From contig JAFVYY010000053.1 of assembly GCA_017508405.1 (NCBI GenBank), positions 1 through 56,159 of the forward strand: DNA of 56,159 bases, given 5' to 3'. The DNA comes from Clostridia bacterium. Lineage in GTDB: Bacteria > Bacillota > Clostridia > Oscillospirales > CAG-272. The translations under genes were made by a program, and so were the position numbers. Shown in pieces: positions 54,227 through 56,159 of the stretch; position 1 is the stretch's first letter; the number at the start of each line of letters is the position of its first letter. The notes beneath the pieces were generated by a model. That model did no database searches. It worked only from the letters and a program-made list of their open reading frames with translations, and was not told where the DNA came from.

Positions 54227-55950
54227 TATACACCCTCCTTTCTGAACTGGGAGTTGTATATTTCCGAGTATACTGTACAGGAGCCAAGTAACTCTTTGTG
54301 TGTACCCATACCAACGATTTTGCCGTCGTCAAGCACAATTATTAAATCGGCATGCATAATTGACGCAGTTCTTTGTGAAACGATAAATACAGTTGGATTA
54401 TGCTCGATTTTGGCAACCGATGCACGCAAAGCCGCATCTGTAGCATAATCAAGAGCGGATGCGCTGTCATCAAGAATCAGGATTTCAGGCTTTTTGACAA
54501 GAGCTCTTGCAATTGTAAACCTTTGTCTTTGACCTCCGGAAAGATTTTTTCCGCCTTCTTCTATATAGGTGTCAAGTCCGTCGGGCTTTGATTCGAGAAC
54601 GTCTAATGCCTGAGCCTCGGTAATTGCCTTCAGAATAGCGTCGTCATCCGCATTTTTATTGCCCCATTTCATATTATCACGTATTGTGCCGCGGAATAGG
54701 ACTGCTTTTTGAGGCACTATACCAATTTTTTCTCTTAAGTAATCAAGGGGATAATTCTTTACGTTTATTCCGTTTACGCATACGTCACCATCGGATACAT
54801 CATAAAATCTTCCTATGAGATTTACAAGAGATGTTTTACCTGAGCCGGTACCTCCGATGATACCTACTGTTTGTCCTTTTTTTACCTTGAAATCAATATT
54901 TTCAAGCGAAGGCTCGTTCGACGTAGCGTAGGTAAGGGTTGCATTGTTAAATTCAACGGAATAGTCGGTTTCAACAGATTGGGGCATATCTACAGGAGCA
55001 TTGATAGATGAGCGTATTTCAAATATCGACTGAACTCTGTTTCCGCAGGCAACCGCCTTTGTCATGGTTATTATAAGATTTGCAAGCTTGATAAGCTCAA
55101 CAAGTATCTGTGACATATAGTTATAGAGAGCTATAACCTGTCCTTGTGTCAGATTACCGAGATTTACCTGTATTGCACCCTTCCAAATAAGAACGGATAT
55201 AGCGATGTTAAGTATGGCGTAGGTCATAGGATTCATAAGAGCAGAGATCTTACCTACAAATTTTTGCTCAGCGTTAAGCTCCGATGTGGCGTACTTATAC
55301 TTTTCTTCCTCGGCTTTTTCCTGTCCGAATGCGCGTATAACTCTTACACCCTGCAAATTTTCACGCGTTGCTCCCAACACCTTGTCAAGCTTCCCTTGTA
55401 CTTTCTTGTAAAGGGGAATAGTAAGGCACATAATGCCAAATACAACAACGGAAAGGGCGGGAATTGCAACTGTAAATACAAGAGCTGATTTTACATCTAC
55501 GGTGAACGCCATTATCATAGCGCCGAATACTATAAGAGGAGAACGCAAGAATAAACGAAGTGTGAGGTTTACACCGTTTTGAACCTGATTCATATCACTT
55601 GTCATTCTCGTAATAAGAGTAGACGTACCGAGTGTATCGATTTCTGTATATGAGAGGGATTGAATATGCTTGAATAAGGCATGCTTTGTCTTTGTGGCAA
55701 AGCCTACGGACGCTTTAGCGGCATAATACTGCGCTACAAGGGCGCAGCCGAGACCTACAAATCCAAGAATTGCCATTATAATACACATTTTAACTACGTA
55801 GGGCTTGTCTCCGTTAGCGATACCAACATCAACTATATTTGCAACAAGGAGGGGAACAAGCAGCTCAAAGCAAGCCTCGAAGAGCTTAAAAAGAGGGCTT
55901 ATTATACTTTCCTTGATATATCCTTTCATATAAACCAATAATTTTTTCAA
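54226..55950 (-). CDS. Heterodimeric ABC exporter subunit (degenerate ATP site)
   Basis: 6 TM segments plus an NBD with GGTGSGKTS and LSGGQRQ. Walker B reads LILDDSAS (Asp replaces the catalytic Glu) and the switch reads VSQR (Gln replaces His). TTG start follows GGGAGG. 1-nt overlap with the partner gene. Confidence 0.88.
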   Translation of the reverse strand: MKKLLVYMKGYIKESIISPLFKLFEACFELLVPLLVANIVDVGIANGDKPYVVKMCIIMAILGFVGLGCALVAQYYAAKASVGFATKTKHALFKHIQSLSYTEIDTLGTSTLITRMTSDMNQVQNGVNLTLRLFLRSPLIVFGAMIMAFTVDVKSALVFTVAIPALSVVVFGIMCLTIPLYKKVQGKLDKVLGATRENLQGVRVIRAFGQEKAEEEKYKYATSELNAEQKFVGKISALMNPMTYAILNIAISVLIWKGAIQVNLGNLTQGQVIALYNYMSQILVELIKLANLIITMTKAVACGNRVQSIFEIRSSINAPVDMPQSVETDYSVEFNNATLTYATSNEPSLENIDFKVKKGQTVGIIGGTGSGKTSLVNLIGRFYDVSDGDVCVNGINVKNYPLDYLREKIGIVPQKAVLFRGTIRDNMKWGNKNADDDAILKAITEAQALDVLESKPDGLDTYIEEGGKNLSGGQRQRFTIARALVKKPEILILDDSASALDYATDAALRASVAKIEHNPTVFIVSQRTASIMHADLIIVLDDGKIVGMGTHKELLGSCTVYSEIYNSQFRKEGV

Positions 55951-56159
55951 AATTATACCTCCCGAAAAGGTGTTTTACATATTTTATCATAAAAAAAGAA
56001 TTTAAGCAAGATATTATGACAAAAAATTGACAGTATCAGACTATATTGCAATAACAAAAATATTGTGCTAAAATATTTATTGATTTTTGAAAATCTTCCA
56101 ACCTTTTTGGTGCTTTACGGTACATTATATCGAAACCGAAGGCGCTGACGGAATCAAAG

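Noticed and set aside
1-56159. A search for tRNA/rRNA genes, CRISPR arrays, IS elements, integrases, phage or defence-system genes
   Set aside because: No cloverleaf-like sequences, regularly spaced repeats, transposase/integrase/RT-like ORFs or nuclease-helicase-type defence cassettes were found. All long ORFs are accounted for by housekeeping, transport or envelope functions.

Overview
This 56 kb window looks like core chromosome of a low-GC, spore-forming Firmicute. It is probably a Clostridia / Oscillospiraceae-Ruminococcaceae type organism. That inference rests on gpr, ytfJ/ytfI, T-box, L-box and THF leaders, near-consensus sigma-A promoters, and lonA-engB and scpA-scpB synteny. I call about 49 protein genes. 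They include housekeeping genes (lgt, glmS, dapA-dapB-lysA, thrS, folT-folC, lon, engB, scpAB, rluB, rlmB, rqcH, mecA-like, gpr). Transport genes are two heterodimeric type-I ABC exporter pairs, a tandem pair of MacB-like ATPase-FtsX fusion proteins, an MFS transporter and a putative metal exporter. Envelope and surface genes are a polysaccharide deacetylase, an SLH protein, a CotH lipoprotein and a NahK-like kinase next to a PglF/CapD-like dehydratase. Three cis-regulatory RNAs are recognisable directly from sequence: a lysine riboswitch before dapA, a Thr (ACC) T-box before thrS, and a THF riboswitch before folT. I see no tRNA or rRNA genes, CRISPR arrays, IS or phage genes, and no recognisable defence system. 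The observations most worth a second look are listed here.
1. A TIGR03960-type radical SAM gene of normal full length is interrupted by a single in-frame TAG.
2. A DUF308/HdeD-like gene has its only good start codon and SD one frame off, joined to the body at an A AAA AAT run.
3. A 723-aa membrane protein is collinear with P1B-type ATPases but has every catalytic motif degenerate.
4. The tandem MacB-like fusion pair has no adaptor or regulator gene nearby.
5. Several operator-like or attenuator-like repeat structures lie in leaders and 3' regions.
None of these amounts to a demonstrated novel system. All need database searches or read-level checks that I cannot run here.
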